Assembly: GCA_965213705.1 (NCBI GenBank)
Contig: OZ243913.1
Location: 1,056,001 to 1,120,000 of the forward strand
Length of the DNA stretch: 64,000 nucleotides
Reading direction: 5' to 3'
DNA from: Trueperaceae bacterium
GTDB lineage: Bacteria; Deinococcota; Deinococci; Deinococcales; Trueperaceae
Shown here: positions 9,052-18,396 of the stretch, one piece after another
How positions within the stretch are numbered: the stretch's first letter is position 1
Layout of the letters: each line of letters opens with the position of its first letter
The notes under the pieces: generated by a model
What the model saw: only the letters and a program-made list of their open reading frames with translations
Databases searched by the model: none
What the model was told of the DNA's origin: nothing
Made by a program: the position numbers and the translations under genes

Positions 9052-10272
9052 TTACGCACCTCTTTTTCTGCGCAGCGTCCGCGCGTACAGGTAGCTGGCC
9101 GGCAACAGCAGCAACCCCGCCAGGACGAAGGTAAGGGGCATTCCGTAAGCCCGCGCCGCCAAGCCCAACAGCGGCCCGCCCGCGACCTGTCCGAGCGCGT
9201 CCATTTGCCCGTTCATCGAGAACACGGTCGCGCGGGTCCCGCTTTCCAAACTCTGGTTGAGCCAGGCCCGGTAGAGCGGCCCGTTGACGACGCGCAGCAG
9301 GGTCGCCGCGCTGTAAAAGGCGAGCGCCACCAAGAAGTCGCCCGCCAAGCCGAACGCGACGACGCAGACCGTGAGGAGCGCGTTAAGGACGAGCAGCGCT
9401 TTCGCTACCGCGACGTGCGCGTTCAAGTCCACCCTGCGCCGCACCGTTTCGGTCACGAGGATGGACAGGAGGCTCGTCCCGGCAGCTATCAGGCCGAACC
9501 ACAGGGCGGGACCCAAAACCTCAGGCAAGCCGATGTTGCGGATGAAGTGCGCGGTGTAGAGGCGGTCGAAGGCTTCGGACGACGCGCCCAAAATCGCGGT
9601 GATGGCGAAGATGCTGAGGATGACGGGTTTGCGGTTCGCCACTTCCAAGCCCGCAGAAAACGTCGCGCGCATGGCTTTGAAAGGATCGTGGCCCACTTCC
9701 GGGCTGCGCGAAAAGTTTTTCTCGGGCATGAACAGCAGCAAAAACAGGGCCGCCGCCAAAAAACCCACGCCGCCCAAAATCATGGGCAAGCCGAGGTAAA
9801 CCCTGCCGAACAGGACGGCGAGCCCGATGCCGAAAAACGACACGACTTGCCCTACCTGCGTGGCCCGCAAAAAGGCGTCGCCCGCGTTGTGCTCGCCCAG
9901 TTCGTCCGAGACCCAGGCGTCTATCGCGCCGCTTTCAAAGGTCACGCCGAGCCCCCACACCACTTGCGCCAAAAGCATGGTGGCGAACACCGGCAGCGCG
10001 CCCTCGAGCACGAACCCCACCCCGAACAGGGCCATGCCGACAATCACCGACCTGCGGCGGCTGTAGAGGTCGGCGACGATGCCGGTGGGAATTTCGAACA
10101 AAAACACGGTGAGTTCTAAAACCGAGCCGATGAGAACGAGTTGCAAGGGGCCGAGCAGCGCCACTTCGACGCGGTAAACCGAGGACAGCGTGCTGTAGAG
10201 GCTGAACGACAAAGCGGTGATGGCCGTGACGAGCATGTACACCTTGAAAGGGGAAAAACGTTCGGTCAACAT
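9052..10272 (-). CDS. MFS efflux transporter (TetA(P)-like group)
   Basis: FEIPTGIVADLYSRRRS motif A, SGAIDAW, 12 TM. Confidence 0.88.
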   Translation of the reverse strand: MLTERFSPFKVYMLVTAITALSFSLYSTLSSVYRVEVALLGPLQLVLIGSVLELTVFLFEIPTGIVADLYSRRRSVIVGMALFGVGFVLEGALPVFATMLLAQVVWGLGVTFESGAIDAWVSDELGEHNAGDAFLRATQVGQVVSFFGIGLAVLFGRVYLGLPMILGGVGFLAAALFLLLFMPEKNFSRSPEVGHDPFKAMRATFSAGLEVANRKPVILSIFAITAILGASSEAFDRLYTAHFIRNIGLPEVLGPALWFGLIAAGTSLLSILVTETVRRRVDLNAHVAVAKALLVLNALLTVCVVAFGLAGDFLVALAFYSAATLLRVVNGPLYRAWLNQSLESGTRATVFSMNGQMDALGQVAGGPLLGLAARAYGMPLTFVLAGLLLLPASYLYARTLRRKRGA

Positions 10273-10472
10273 GTCCTACCTTCCGCACCCGACTCCGCAA
10301 CGGGCCGGGTCCGTCGTAGCTGAACTACGACCTTGGGAGGCTCGAGCCTCCGTACAGGTTTAAGGCGGATAAGTTTTTACATCCCGAGCAAAACGCTTAA
10401 GGGACGGTTCAGTTGACCGTTGTCACAATGCCCCACTATGTAGGGTTTTGGGGCCGGGTGTCAAGGTTCGGT

Positions 10473-11060
10473 TCAAAACCCGGCTGCGCCGTTTCCGCCC
10501 AAATCGGCAGGCGGCTCGCTCCACAGGACGAGGTCGGCTTCGTTCACCCGCACGGGGCCTCGAATCAGGACGTGCGGAACGTGGGCGAAAAACGCCCCGA
10601 ACCGGCCTTGACGGTGGAGTTTTGCGTACCACTGGTGGGTCGCCTCGGGCAGTACCTTCAACTCTTCAAACGTGTCGGGGTCGAAGGGGCTCACGCTGTC
10701 CCCGGCCAGGGTGGCGTCGGGACTGGAGCGCTCGCCCGAACTTTTGTAAATCACGCCGGGAAGACGTGCGACGCGAGCGATGGGTATGCGATAAAACGCC
10801 ACGTCCCCGACGGATTTGCCCAGCTCGAGCCAGGCCCTGTAAACCAAGTGTGGGTGCGCGGGCGAAAAGTGCAGCACGTCGTTCCACAAGCAGTTCAGTA
10901 CGGGCACAACTCTTTCCGGCAACCGCCGCCGGTTCGGATGGTCGGCGTACTTGGCGCGCTGCTGCGCGTACAGGTCGGGATGGGTGTGCCGCAACGCGTT
11001 GAGCGGATAGAGGGTGTCGCCCCGCATGTTTGCAGGCTTCAGGTGATACAGAAAAGGCAT
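10473..11060 (-). CDS. Conserved-looking hypothetical protein
   Basis: GGAGG RBS; LYH..P..MRG..LYPLN and CLWNDVLHFSP look like conserved motifs. Confidence 0.7.
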   Translation of the reverse strand: MPFLYHLKPANMRGDTLYPLNALRHTHPDLYAQQRAKYADHPNRRRLPERVVPVLNCLWNDVLHFSPAHPHLVYRAWLELGKSVGDVAFYRIPIARVARLPGVIYKSSGERSSPDATLAGDSVSPFDPDTFEELKVLPEATHQWYAKLHRQGRFGAFFAHVPHVLIRGPVRVNEADLVLWSEPPADLGGNGAAGF

Positions 11061-11168
11061 GGTGGCCTCCGTGACTTCTCAGTTTAGGTGTAGGGCTTTT
11101 CGAAAACCGTAAAGAAGGCGATGGCGCCCTCAGTGGGAAAAAGGTACGCTGTAGTTACTCAAAAAAGC

Positions 11169-11891
11169 TTATACGTTATCGCAACTGTCCAACAGTGCGG
11201 CCAAGCCTGCGGAGGCGGACAGGGTCAAAGTAGTGTCGGCGCTGGGGGTGAGCGGCGTTTTTTCGAGATTGATTTCGATGACGTAAGCACCTTGTTCTTT
11301 GGCGAGTCGCGCCAAGCTCGCCGCAGGCTCGACCACCGCGGAGGTGCCGACGACGAGGGCGACCTCGGCGTTCGCAAAGGCGTCTATCGCCGCTTGAAAC
11401 GTCGCTTGGGGCAGCGTTTCGCCGAACCACACCACGTTGGGCCGGGCGCGTGAGCCGCAGACGGAGCACCGCGGCGGCAACGCGAAGTTTTCAGCAAGTT
11501 CGTCCAAGTGTCCACAGCGTTCGCAGCGGCTTTGCGTCAGGTTGCCGTGCAGCTCGAGCACCCCCCGCGCCCCCGCCCTTGCGTGCAAACCGTCCACGTT
11601 TTGAGTGACGAGGGTGAGGTCTTTGTGATTCTCGAGCTTGGCGAGGGCGAAGTGGGCGGGATTCGGTGCGGCATTCAAAACCGTGTGCAGGCGCGTTCGG
11701 TACCATGCCCAGACCAACACCGGGTCGCGCGCGTAGGCTTGCGGGGTGGCTAAGTCTTCGGCGCGGTGGTTTCGCCACAGGCCGTTCGTCCCGCGAAACG
11801 TCGGCACGCCCGACTCGGCGCTGACGCCCGCGCCGGTCAACACGGCGACGCGGCGGGCGGCGGCAAGCGCGGCCCTAGCCTCGTCACTCAC
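11169..11891 (-). CDS. cobB: NAD-dependent protein deacylase (sirtuin)
   Basis: GAGVSAESGVPTFRG, TQNVDGLH, CERC/CSVC Zn motif, RPNVVWFGE; WYRTR gives the class III Y-x-x-R motif. Confidence 0.95.
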   Translation of the reverse strand: MSDEARAALAAARRVAVLTGAGVSAESGVPTFRGTNGLWRNHRAEDLATPQAYARDPVLVWAWYRTRLHTVLNAAPNPAHFALAKLENHKDLTLVTQNVDGLHARAGARGVLELHGNLTQSRCERCGHLDELAENFALPPRCSVCGSRARPNVVWFGETLPQATFQAAIDAFANAEVALVVGTSAVVEPAASLARLAKEQGAYVIEINLEKTPLTPSADTTLTLSASAGLAALLDSCDNV

Positions 11892-13344
11892 GCGTTTCGG
11901 TAGCTTCTTGGGACGCGGCTTCTTCGGGTACTTCGGGTACCGGGTCAGCCGCCTCCTCGGACGGTGACACCAACACGCTCGTCACGCGGCGCTCGTCGGC
12001 CTCCTCGACCTCGAAGCGCACCGACTCGTAATGAAGCGTTTCGCCCGCCTGCGGGATGTAACCGAACTGGCTGATGAGAAAGCCCGCCAGGGTGTCGTAG
12101 TCGCCGCCCTCGTCGTCGAAGACGAGTTTGAGTTCGTCGGCGACCTCGTCTAAGTGGACCGAAGCCTGTATGCGGTACTGGTCGTCGCCGAGCGGGGTAA
12201 TTTCCTCGACCTCTTCCAAGTCTGTCTCGTCGTAAATCTCGCCGGTAATCTCTTCGATAATGTCTTCTAGGGTAATCAACCCGGCCGTCCCGCCGAACTC
12301 GTCGACCACGATGGCGAGGTGGTTTTTGCGGGTGCGCATGTCTTTTAACAGCGCCAAAATGTTGAGCGTTTCCGGCACGTACTGGGCGGGGGTCATGAGT
12401 TCGGACACGCGCGTTTCGGCCAACTCCTCGGCGCGGCCGATAAAACTGAGCAGGTCGCGGGTGTAAACGATGCCGCGCACGTTGTCCACCGTTTCGGCGT
12501 AGACGGGCAGGCGGCTGTAGTGCTGGTCGCGGTTGAGGTCGAGCAGGTCTCGCAACGTGGCGGTTTCGCTCACCGCGACGATGCTCACGCGCGGCGTCAT
12601 CACCTCGCGCACCACGGTTTCTTCCAAGTCGATGATGCCTTTGATCATCTCTTCTTCTTGCGCCTCGATGACGCCCGACTCTTCGGCGCTGCGCAGCATG
12701 AGCCGCAGTTCGTTTTCGGTCAAAAGCGGGTTGTCGCCGGGCTCGAGCCGAAACAGCCGCAGCAGCGACGTCGCGATAAACGTGAAAAACAGCCCCACCG
12801 GGTAAAACACGATGGACAGCGCATAAACCGGCCGGATGACGAGCCGCGAAAAAGAGACCGCGTGGTGAACGGCGATGGACTTCGGGGTAATCTCGCCGAA
12901 GATAAGAACCAGAATCGTCATGATGCCGGTCGCGTAGCCGACCGCCAACGACTCGCTGTAGCCGAGCGGCCGCGACAGGCCGATGCTGATTTGGGTAACC
13001 AGCGCGGTCGCGGCGATGTTCGCCAAGTTGTTGCCGATGAGGAGCGTCGTGATAAAGCGGGTGCGGTCGTGTTCCAACAGGGCGAACACGCCGCCGGGGT
13101 CGCGGCCCTCTTCGCGCAGCTCCCGAATCTTCCAGTGGCCGATGGCGGTCAGGGCCGTTTCCGAACCCGACAACACCGCCGACAACGCCAGCAGCACGAC
13201 GAGGCTCAAGATTTGCAACCACGACACACCCCCCTCGACAGCCGTTTGAGCAAAACCGAGCGACGTGCCGAGAAAAAGCGTAAAGCCGATGAGGTAGGGT
13301 CTAACCAGGCGGTAAGGCCTAGATCGGTCTGGCGAATCGTCCAT
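11884..13344 (-). CDS. Hemolysin-family/CNNM protein (DUF21-CBS-CBS-CorC/HlyC)
   Basis: SGSETA, LLIGNNL, FGEITPK, VMTPR, VVDEFGGTAGLITLEDIIEEITGEI; start at ATG 13344, the longer ORF-track start is spurious. Confidence 0.93.
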   Translation of the reverse strand: MDDSPDRSRPYRLVRPYLIGFTLFLGTSLGFAQTAVEGGVSWLQILSLVVLLALSAVLSGSETALTAIGHWKIRELREEGRDPGGVFALLEHDRTRFITTLLIGNNLANIAATALVTQISIGLSRPLGYSESLAVGYATGIMTILVLIFGEITPKSIAVHHAVSFSRLVIRPVYALSIVFYPVGLFFTFIATSLLRLFRLEPGDNPLLTENELRLMLRSAEESGVIEAQEEEMIKGIIDLEETVVREVMTPRVSIVAVSETATLRDLLDLNRDQHYSRLPVYAETVDNVRGIVYTRDLLSFIGRAEELAETRVSELMTPAQYVPETLNILALLKDMRTRKNHLAIVVDEFGGTAGLITLEDIIEEITGEIYDETDLEEVEEITPLGDDQYRIQASVHLDEVADELKLVFDDEGGDYDTLAGFLISQFGYIPQAGETLHYESVRFEVEEADERRVTSVLVSPSEEAADPVPEVPEEAASQEATETRE

Positions 13345-13539
13345 CAATGGGGGGATTCTAGCACACAGCTCGCGCGGGGGCGGGTTCTGGGACGGCGGGA
13401 CGGGGCTCGAGCGGCGCTCAGGGCTTGTGGATACCGGGGTTAGCCGTCCAAGACCGCACGATTTTCGGGGCCGCGGGCGTGTCCGCGCGCAACTCGTTCG
13501 AACAGGGTTATGATGACGCGACGAGGTTTCGAGACTTGT

Positions 13540-13872
13540 ATGGAATCCCAAACCACCGCGCAGGCACTGCGCCCGCCCGACTTTCTTTTGCGCGCCGGTG
13601 TGCCGACGTTGCGGTGGCGGACGGTCACGTCGGCGCGCGGTCTCGAGCGTGACGCCCGCGCCGGCTACCCCACTCACTACCCCGCCGACCCAGGCTTACC
13701 TTACGAAGCTCGCCTGCCCGCCAACACCCTGCCCGACGACACCCTAGCCGACGACACCCTGTCGGACGCACCCGTCGTAGACGCCGACGAAACGGACTTT
13801 TCGACAACGGCCGACGCCGCGCGTTTGTTCGAAGTTTCAGGGCGACGTGACCTCCGGGTGGCTTTGTTGTGA
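13540..13872 (+). CDS. Hypothetical protein translationally coupled to murE
   Basis: GTGA overlap with murE; low-complexity TLxDD repeats; start uncertain. Confidence 0.5.
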   Translation: MESQTTAQALRPPDFLLRAGVPTLRWRTVTSARGLERDARAGYPTHYPADPGLPYEARLPANTLPDDTLADDTLSDAPVVDADETDFSTTADAARLFEVSGRRDLRVALL

Positions 13873-15338
13873 CGCTGTCCGAACTGTTGCGTCAGGCCCT
13901 GGGTGTGCGGCGGGCGCTGCCCGAGACGACCGTGACGGGCGTCGTCCAAGACCACCGCCGCGTGGGGCCGGGCGCGGTGTTCGTGGCGCGGCGGGGCGGC
14001 GCTACGGACGGGCACCGCTTCGCCAAACTCGCCGCCCAAGCGGGCGCGGCGGCCGTGGTCGGGCAGCAGCCGGGCGTGCCTGTGTTGCCGTGGCAGCACG
14101 TGCCTTACGTTCATGTGGCCGACGACAAAACGGCCCTCGCCAAACTCGCGGCGGCGTTCTACGGCCATCCTGCCCGCAGCCTCACCACGCTCGGCGTGAC
14201 CGGCACCGACGGGAAAACGACGACCTCGTTTTTGCTTCACCACCTGCTGCGTGCCGAGTTTCAAACCGGGTTGCTGAGCACGGCGGGGCACAAAGTCAAC
14301 GACACGCCGCTGGACTTAGCGGGCCACTTCACCACGCCCGAAGCGCCGGAGGTGCAAGCGCTTTTGGCCCGATTTCGGGACGCGGGCTGCAGTCACGCGG
14401 TCGTCGAGGCGAGTTCGCACGGGCTCAAACAGCACCGGCTGGACGAGATTTCTTTCGAAACCGGCGTGTGGACGAACCTGACGCCCGAACACCTGGATTT
14501 TCACGGCACCCTGGCCGCCTACCGGGACGCCAAACTCACCCTGGTCAGGCGCGCGCAAAAAAGCGTCCTCAACCGGGACGACGCCTCGTTCGAACAGTTT
14601 GCGGCGGCCTCGAGCCAACCCGTCAGCTACGGCGAACACCCGGACAGCGACTGGCGGGCCACCGACATAGAGAGCGAGCCCGGCGCTCAGCGGTTTCGGT
14701 TGCAGGTGAAAACGCTCGGAGGTTTTCTCGAGCGCAGCGTCCGGTTGCCCCTCGTCGGGCGTTACAACGTCCACAACGCGCTCGCCGCGCTGGCGGCGGC
14801 GCACGCGGTCGGGCTGGACCTGGACACCTTGCTCGTGCGGCTCGAGACTTTTTCAGGCGTGCCGGGGCGCATGGAGGTGGTACAACACGCACCCTTCGGC
14901 CTCGTCGTGGACTTCGCCCACACGCCCGCCGCGCTCGAAAAACTGCTCCAAACGCTGCGCCCCGCGACGAAGGGCAAACTCGTCGTCGTGGTGGGCGCGG
15001 CGGGCGAGCGCGACCCCGGCAAACGGCAACCTTTGGGCCGGGTCGCGGCGCGTCACGCCGACGTCGCTATTTTTACCGAAGAGGATTCGCGCTCCGAAGA
15101 CGTCGAAACCATCCTGCGCGACATCGTGCAGGGCGCGCAGACTGTCGGCAAAAACTACCGCACCGTCAGCGACCGGAGCGCCGCCATCCACGCCGCAGTC
15201 GCCCTGGCCGCGCCGGGCGACACGGTGGTGCTGGCGGGTAAGGGCCACGAGCGCACGCTCGAGCGCGCCTTTGAGACGCTGCCCTGGGACGAGGTCGCGG
15301 AGGCCCGGCGGGCTCTGGCTAAACTGGGTTTGGGTTAG
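13869..15338 (+). CDS. murE: UDP-N-acetylmuramoyl-L-alanyl-D-glutamate--diamino acid ligase
   Basis: GVTGTDGKTTT, FTTPEA, EASSHG, NLTPEHLDFH, DFAHTP, EDSRSE, AGKGHE. Confidence 0.93.
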   Translation: MTLSELLRQALGVRRALPETTVTGVVQDHRRVGPGAVFVARRGGATDGHRFAKLAAQAGAAAVVGQQPGVPVLPWQHVPYVHVADDKTALAKLAAAFYGHPARSLTTLGVTGTDGKTTTSFLLHHLLRAEFQTGLLSTAGHKVNDTPLDLAGHFTTPEAPEVQALLARFRDAGCSHAVVEASSHGLKQHRLDEISFETGVWTNLTPEHLDFHGTLAAYRDAKLTLVRRAQKSVLNRDDASFEQFAAASSQPVSYGEHPDSDWRATDIESEPGAQRFRLQVKTLGGFLERSVRLPLVGRYNVHNALAALAAAHAVGLDLDTLLVRLETFSGVPGRMEVVQHAPFGLVVDFAHTPAALEKLLQTLRPATKGKLVVVVGAAGERDPGKRQPLGRVAARHADVAIFTEEDSRSEDVETILRDIVQGAQTVGKNYRTVSDRSAAIHAAVALAAPGDTVVLAGKGHERTLERAFETLPWDEVAEARRALAKLGLG

Positions 15339-15479
15339 GAAAGAGCTTGGGACGTTCGGCGTGTACGCGCGCTCGAGCCGGGCGAAACCGTCAGCGGTTC
15401 CAGGAGCGATTTAAGACGTGCCGACGCGCAAGTTCAGAAGCAGACCCCCACCGGGCCACCGCCCCCAAAAAGGGAGGTA

Positions 15480-15597
15480 GTACGGATTCCTGTACTACAG
15501 CTTGTAACCTTTGTTGTTCGCTTCCTTGTCGCTAGTCCGTATTTTTCTTCTCGCTCTGCGCGCATTTGATTCTGAGGGAATCAACCGGAAAGGGTCT
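15480..15597 (+). repeat. Deinococcus-type small intergenic repeat / MITE-like element, copy 1
   Basis: Begins TACGGATTCC, contains GTCCGTATTTTT..CTCGCTCTGC, ends GAATCAACCGGAAAGGGT; aligns by eye with 59542-59678. Confidence 0.7.
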
Positions 15598-15611
15598 CAA
15601 GTCAACATGGT

Positions 15612-17804
15612 TTAGCTCAGCTCGAGCGGCAGCGTCCGCAACCGTTGCCCGGTCAGCGCGAACACCGCATTTGCTACCGCCGCCGCGACCGGCCCCAGGG
15701 GCGGCTCGCCCACGCCGAAAGGCTCGTCGCCGCTCTGCACAACAACCACTTCGATGTCGGGCGTTTCTTTCATGGTCAGGAGCGGGTACTTGTCGAAGTT
15801 CGACGGCTCGAACTGGGAATCTTTGACGCTCAAGCGTTCAAGCAGCGTGGAGCTGAGGCCCATAACGACCGCGCCCTGCGTCTGCGCTTTAACCCCGTCG
15901 GGGTTGACGACGAAGCCGGGGTCGATGGCCGCCGTAACTCTGTGAACCCGGACTTTACCGTTTTGAACGGACACTTCCGCGACCTGGGCGCAGACGGTCT
16001 GCACGTCGGTGGAGCAGGCGATTCCGTAAGCGCGGCCTTCGGGTGGGGGCGTGTGCCAACCGGCGCGGTCGGCGGCGGCGTTCAGGACGGCCTTCATGCG
16101 CACGCCGTGCTCGGAATCGGTGAGGTGGCGCAGGCGAAACTCGAGCGCATCCATGCCGGCTTTGTCAGCCAACTCGTCCATAAAACTTTCGACCGCGAAG
16201 GTGTTGCAGAGCAGCCCGAGACCGCGCCACCAGCCGGTTTTGACCGGCAACTGGGCGCGCTGCGAGACGACCCGGCGGTTTGCAATGCCGTCGTAGTGAA
16301 ACCTCGAGCCGCGCCACGCCCCAAAGTCCGCGCCGAACAAGACGACCAAAAAGTTCGGAAAAAAGGGAAACGCCACGTCGCCGCTCGACTGCACGTGCTC
16401 CACGGCGAGGATGTTGCCGTCGTCGTCCAGCGACCCGCGCAGGCGGTTGTGCGTCGGCGGACGGACGTAGCCGTTGCGAAACTCTTCGGTTCGGTTCCAA
16501 CCCACGTGGACGGGCGCGCCCACGGCCTGCGACAACCGCGCCGCCTCCTTGGCAACTTCTACGTTCAGCCTGCGCCCGAAACCGCCGCCCAGGTAGGTCG
16601 CGGTCACTTCGACCGCGTCTTTTTCGCGCCCCAAGAGCTTGACCAGTTCGTCGCGGACAAGCCCCGGCGACTGGGTGGAGACGAGCGCCGTCACTTTGTC
16701 GGGTGTCACGTCGACCATCGCCGCTTGAGGCTCCAAGTGCGCGTGTGCCGCCATCGGGCTGCGGTACTCCGCCTCGATAAGGGTACCCTTGCCGAGATTG
16801 GCCCTGGTTCGGCCTTCGCGCTGAATGACCACACCGCCATCGTCGCTCACCCGGACGAGCGCGTCGATGTCGGCTTGTTGAAGAGACTCGCCTTCTTGCC
16901 ACGCCAGGTCCAGGGCCGCCACGCCCGCGTAGGCTTGCGCCCGCGTTTTCGCGACCACCCCGGCGAAGCCGTCTTGCAAGACGACGTCGACGACGCCGGG
17001 CTGCTTGCGCGCCGAACCTTCGGCCGCGCTTAGGAGCGTCGCGCCGAGCGTGGGCGGCCGCGCCACCGCGCCGTAGAGCATCCCGGGGACACGCACGTCG
17101 TAGCCGTAGACGGCTCGCCCGGTCAACTTTTCTACAAAGTCCACCCGTTTCAGCGCCTTGCCGATGTAGCGAAAATCCTGTACCGCTTTCAGGGCGGGCG
17201 CGTCGTTGGGAACGTCCCAGTCACCGACGCCCTCGACCACTTCGGCGTAGGTCATGGTTTTGTCGGGGTCGGTTTGCTGAAAAAAGCGGCCGTCCATCGC
17301 CACGACGCCTTCTACCTCGACCCCCCATTTTTCGGCCGCCTTGGCGCGCAGCATCTCGCGCATGGTGGCGGCGGCCTCGCGCAGCGGCGTAAAGAGCGTG
17401 CTCACCGTGTTGCTCGCGCCCGTTCCGAAGCCGTCGCTGATGCCCCTCGACGTGCTCGCGGACACCACCCGCACGCTCTCGAAAGGCACCTCCAACTCCT
17501 CCGCCGCAACCTGCGCCAGCGCCGTGTGGACGCCCTGGCCCATTTCGACTTTGGGTAAGTAGAGGAGCATTGCGTTGTCCGGCCCAACCTCGAACCAACT
17601 CGTCACCGGGCCTTCGGTGCTGCCGGGGGCTCCGGCAGTCTCTAACCTATCGGCAATTGCCAGCCGCGCTTCGGGCAGGCCGTAGCGCCAACCCAACGCC
17701 AATCCCACGCCCGCGACGCCCGTGCCTATCAAAAAACCGCGCCGCGACACGCGCCAGCGGCGTTTGCCCCGTGCGGCGGCTTCGGCTGCTCTTTCGTCCG
17801 CCAT
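15612..17804 (-). CDS. Xanthine-dehydrogenase-family molybdopterin subunit (isoquinoline 1-oxidoreductase beta-like)
   Basis: SRRGFL N-terminus, EMGQG, AHAHLEPQ, LGGGFGRR, WRGLG, GVGEPP. Confidence 0.9.
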   Translation of the reverse strand: MADERAAEAAARGKRRWRVSRRGFLIGTGVAGVGLALGWRYGLPEARLAIADRLETAGAPGSTEGPVTSWFEVGPDNAMLLYLPKVEMGQGVHTALAQVAAEELEVPFESVRVVSASTSRGISDGFGTGASNTVSTLFTPLREAAATMREMLRAKAAEKWGVEVEGVVAMDGRFFQQTDPDKTMTYAEVVEGVGDWDVPNDAPALKAVQDFRYIGKALKRVDFVEKLTGRAVYGYDVRVPGMLYGAVARPPTLGATLLSAAEGSARKQPGVVDVVLQDGFAGVVAKTRAQAYAGVAALDLAWQEGESLQQADIDALVRVSDDGGVVIQREGRTRANLGKGTLIEAEYRSPMAAHAHLEPQAAMVDVTPDKVTALVSTQSPGLVRDELVKLLGREKDAVEVTATYLGGGFGRRLNVEVAKEAARLSQAVGAPVHVGWNRTEEFRNGYVRPPTHNRLRGSLDDDGNILAVEHVQSSGDVAFPFFPNFLVVLFGADFGAWRGSRFHYDGIANRRVVSQRAQLPVKTGWWRGLGLLCNTFAVESFMDELADKAGMDALEFRLRHLTDSEHGVRMKAVLNAAADRAGWHTPPPEGRAYGIACSTDVQTVCAQVAEVSVQNGKVRVHRVTAAIDPGFVVNPDGVKAQTQGAVVMGLSSTLLERLSVKDSQFEPSNFDKYPLLTMKETPDIEVVVVQSGDEPFGVGEPPLGPVAAAVANAVFALTGQRLRTLPLELS

Positions 17805-18295
17805 CAGCCGGCCTGCGCTTCGGTCGCCCGGACCTTTTGGGCCGCGGCGGCTACGGCTACTTTGATGCGGACGTAACAACCGCAGCGGCAGTAGTTGTTG
17901 CCCATCGCGTTTACGATGTCCTCTTCGGTGGGCTCAGGTGTTTGTTCCAAAAAGGCCAGCGCCGTCATCATCTGCCCGTTCATGCACCAAGCGCACTGCG
18001 GCACCTGGGCTTCGATAAAGGCTTGTTGGACGGGGTGCAGGTGTTCGTTGCCGTCGGCGTCTGAGGTGGCGAGGCCTTCGACGGTGCGAACCTCTCGGCC
18101 CGCGGCAGCCGCGACGGGCGTGACGCATGAGCGCACGGCGTCGCCGCCTAGGTGAACCGTACAAGAGCCGCAAATCCCGATGCCGCAACCGAACTTCGTT
18201 CCCGTCAGGCCGAGTTCGTCGCGCAGCACCCACAGCAACATGTCGCCCGAGTCGGCCTCGGACGAAAAAGTTTGACCGTTAACTGTCAATTCCAT
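17804..18295 (-). CDS. 2Fe-2S subunit (isoquinoline 1-oxidoreductase alpha-like)
   Basis: GTKFGCGIGICGSCTV, QCAWC, NYCRCGCY; TAAACT-N6-ATG start. Confidence 0.93.
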   Translation of the reverse strand: MELTVNGQTFSSEADSGDMLLWVLRDELGLTGTKFGCGIGICGSCTVHLGGDAVRSCVTPVAAAAGREVRTVEGLATSDADGNEHLHPVQQAFIEAQVPQCAWCMNGQMMTALAFLEQTPEPTEEDIVNAMGNNYCRCGCYVRIKVAVAAAAQKVRATEAQAG

Positions 18296-18396
18296 TCTTA
18301 CAGTTTAAGGCCAGCGCGGTCTGAAGGCAAAAACGCCAACACTTCAGAGGTTCCTGAAAGTGCCCTGCGCGTGTTTGTTCAACCCGCGAGCGCCTT

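Noticed and set aside
9025..10119. Long antisense or overlapping ORFs (also 11945-13222, 13847-15241, 15645-17033, 42708-44012, 54834-56036)
   Set aside because: Shadow frames of well-supported genes, expected in high-GC DNA; no recognisable motifs
10440..10490. tRNA (GGTTCAAAACCC resembles a T-loop)
   Set aside because: No cloverleaf can be built; it overlaps a CDS end
13345..13677. N-terminal extension of the hemolysin-family ORF
   Set aside because: Arg/Pro-rich, overlaps the divergent gene, and a TAGAAT -10 sits just before 13344
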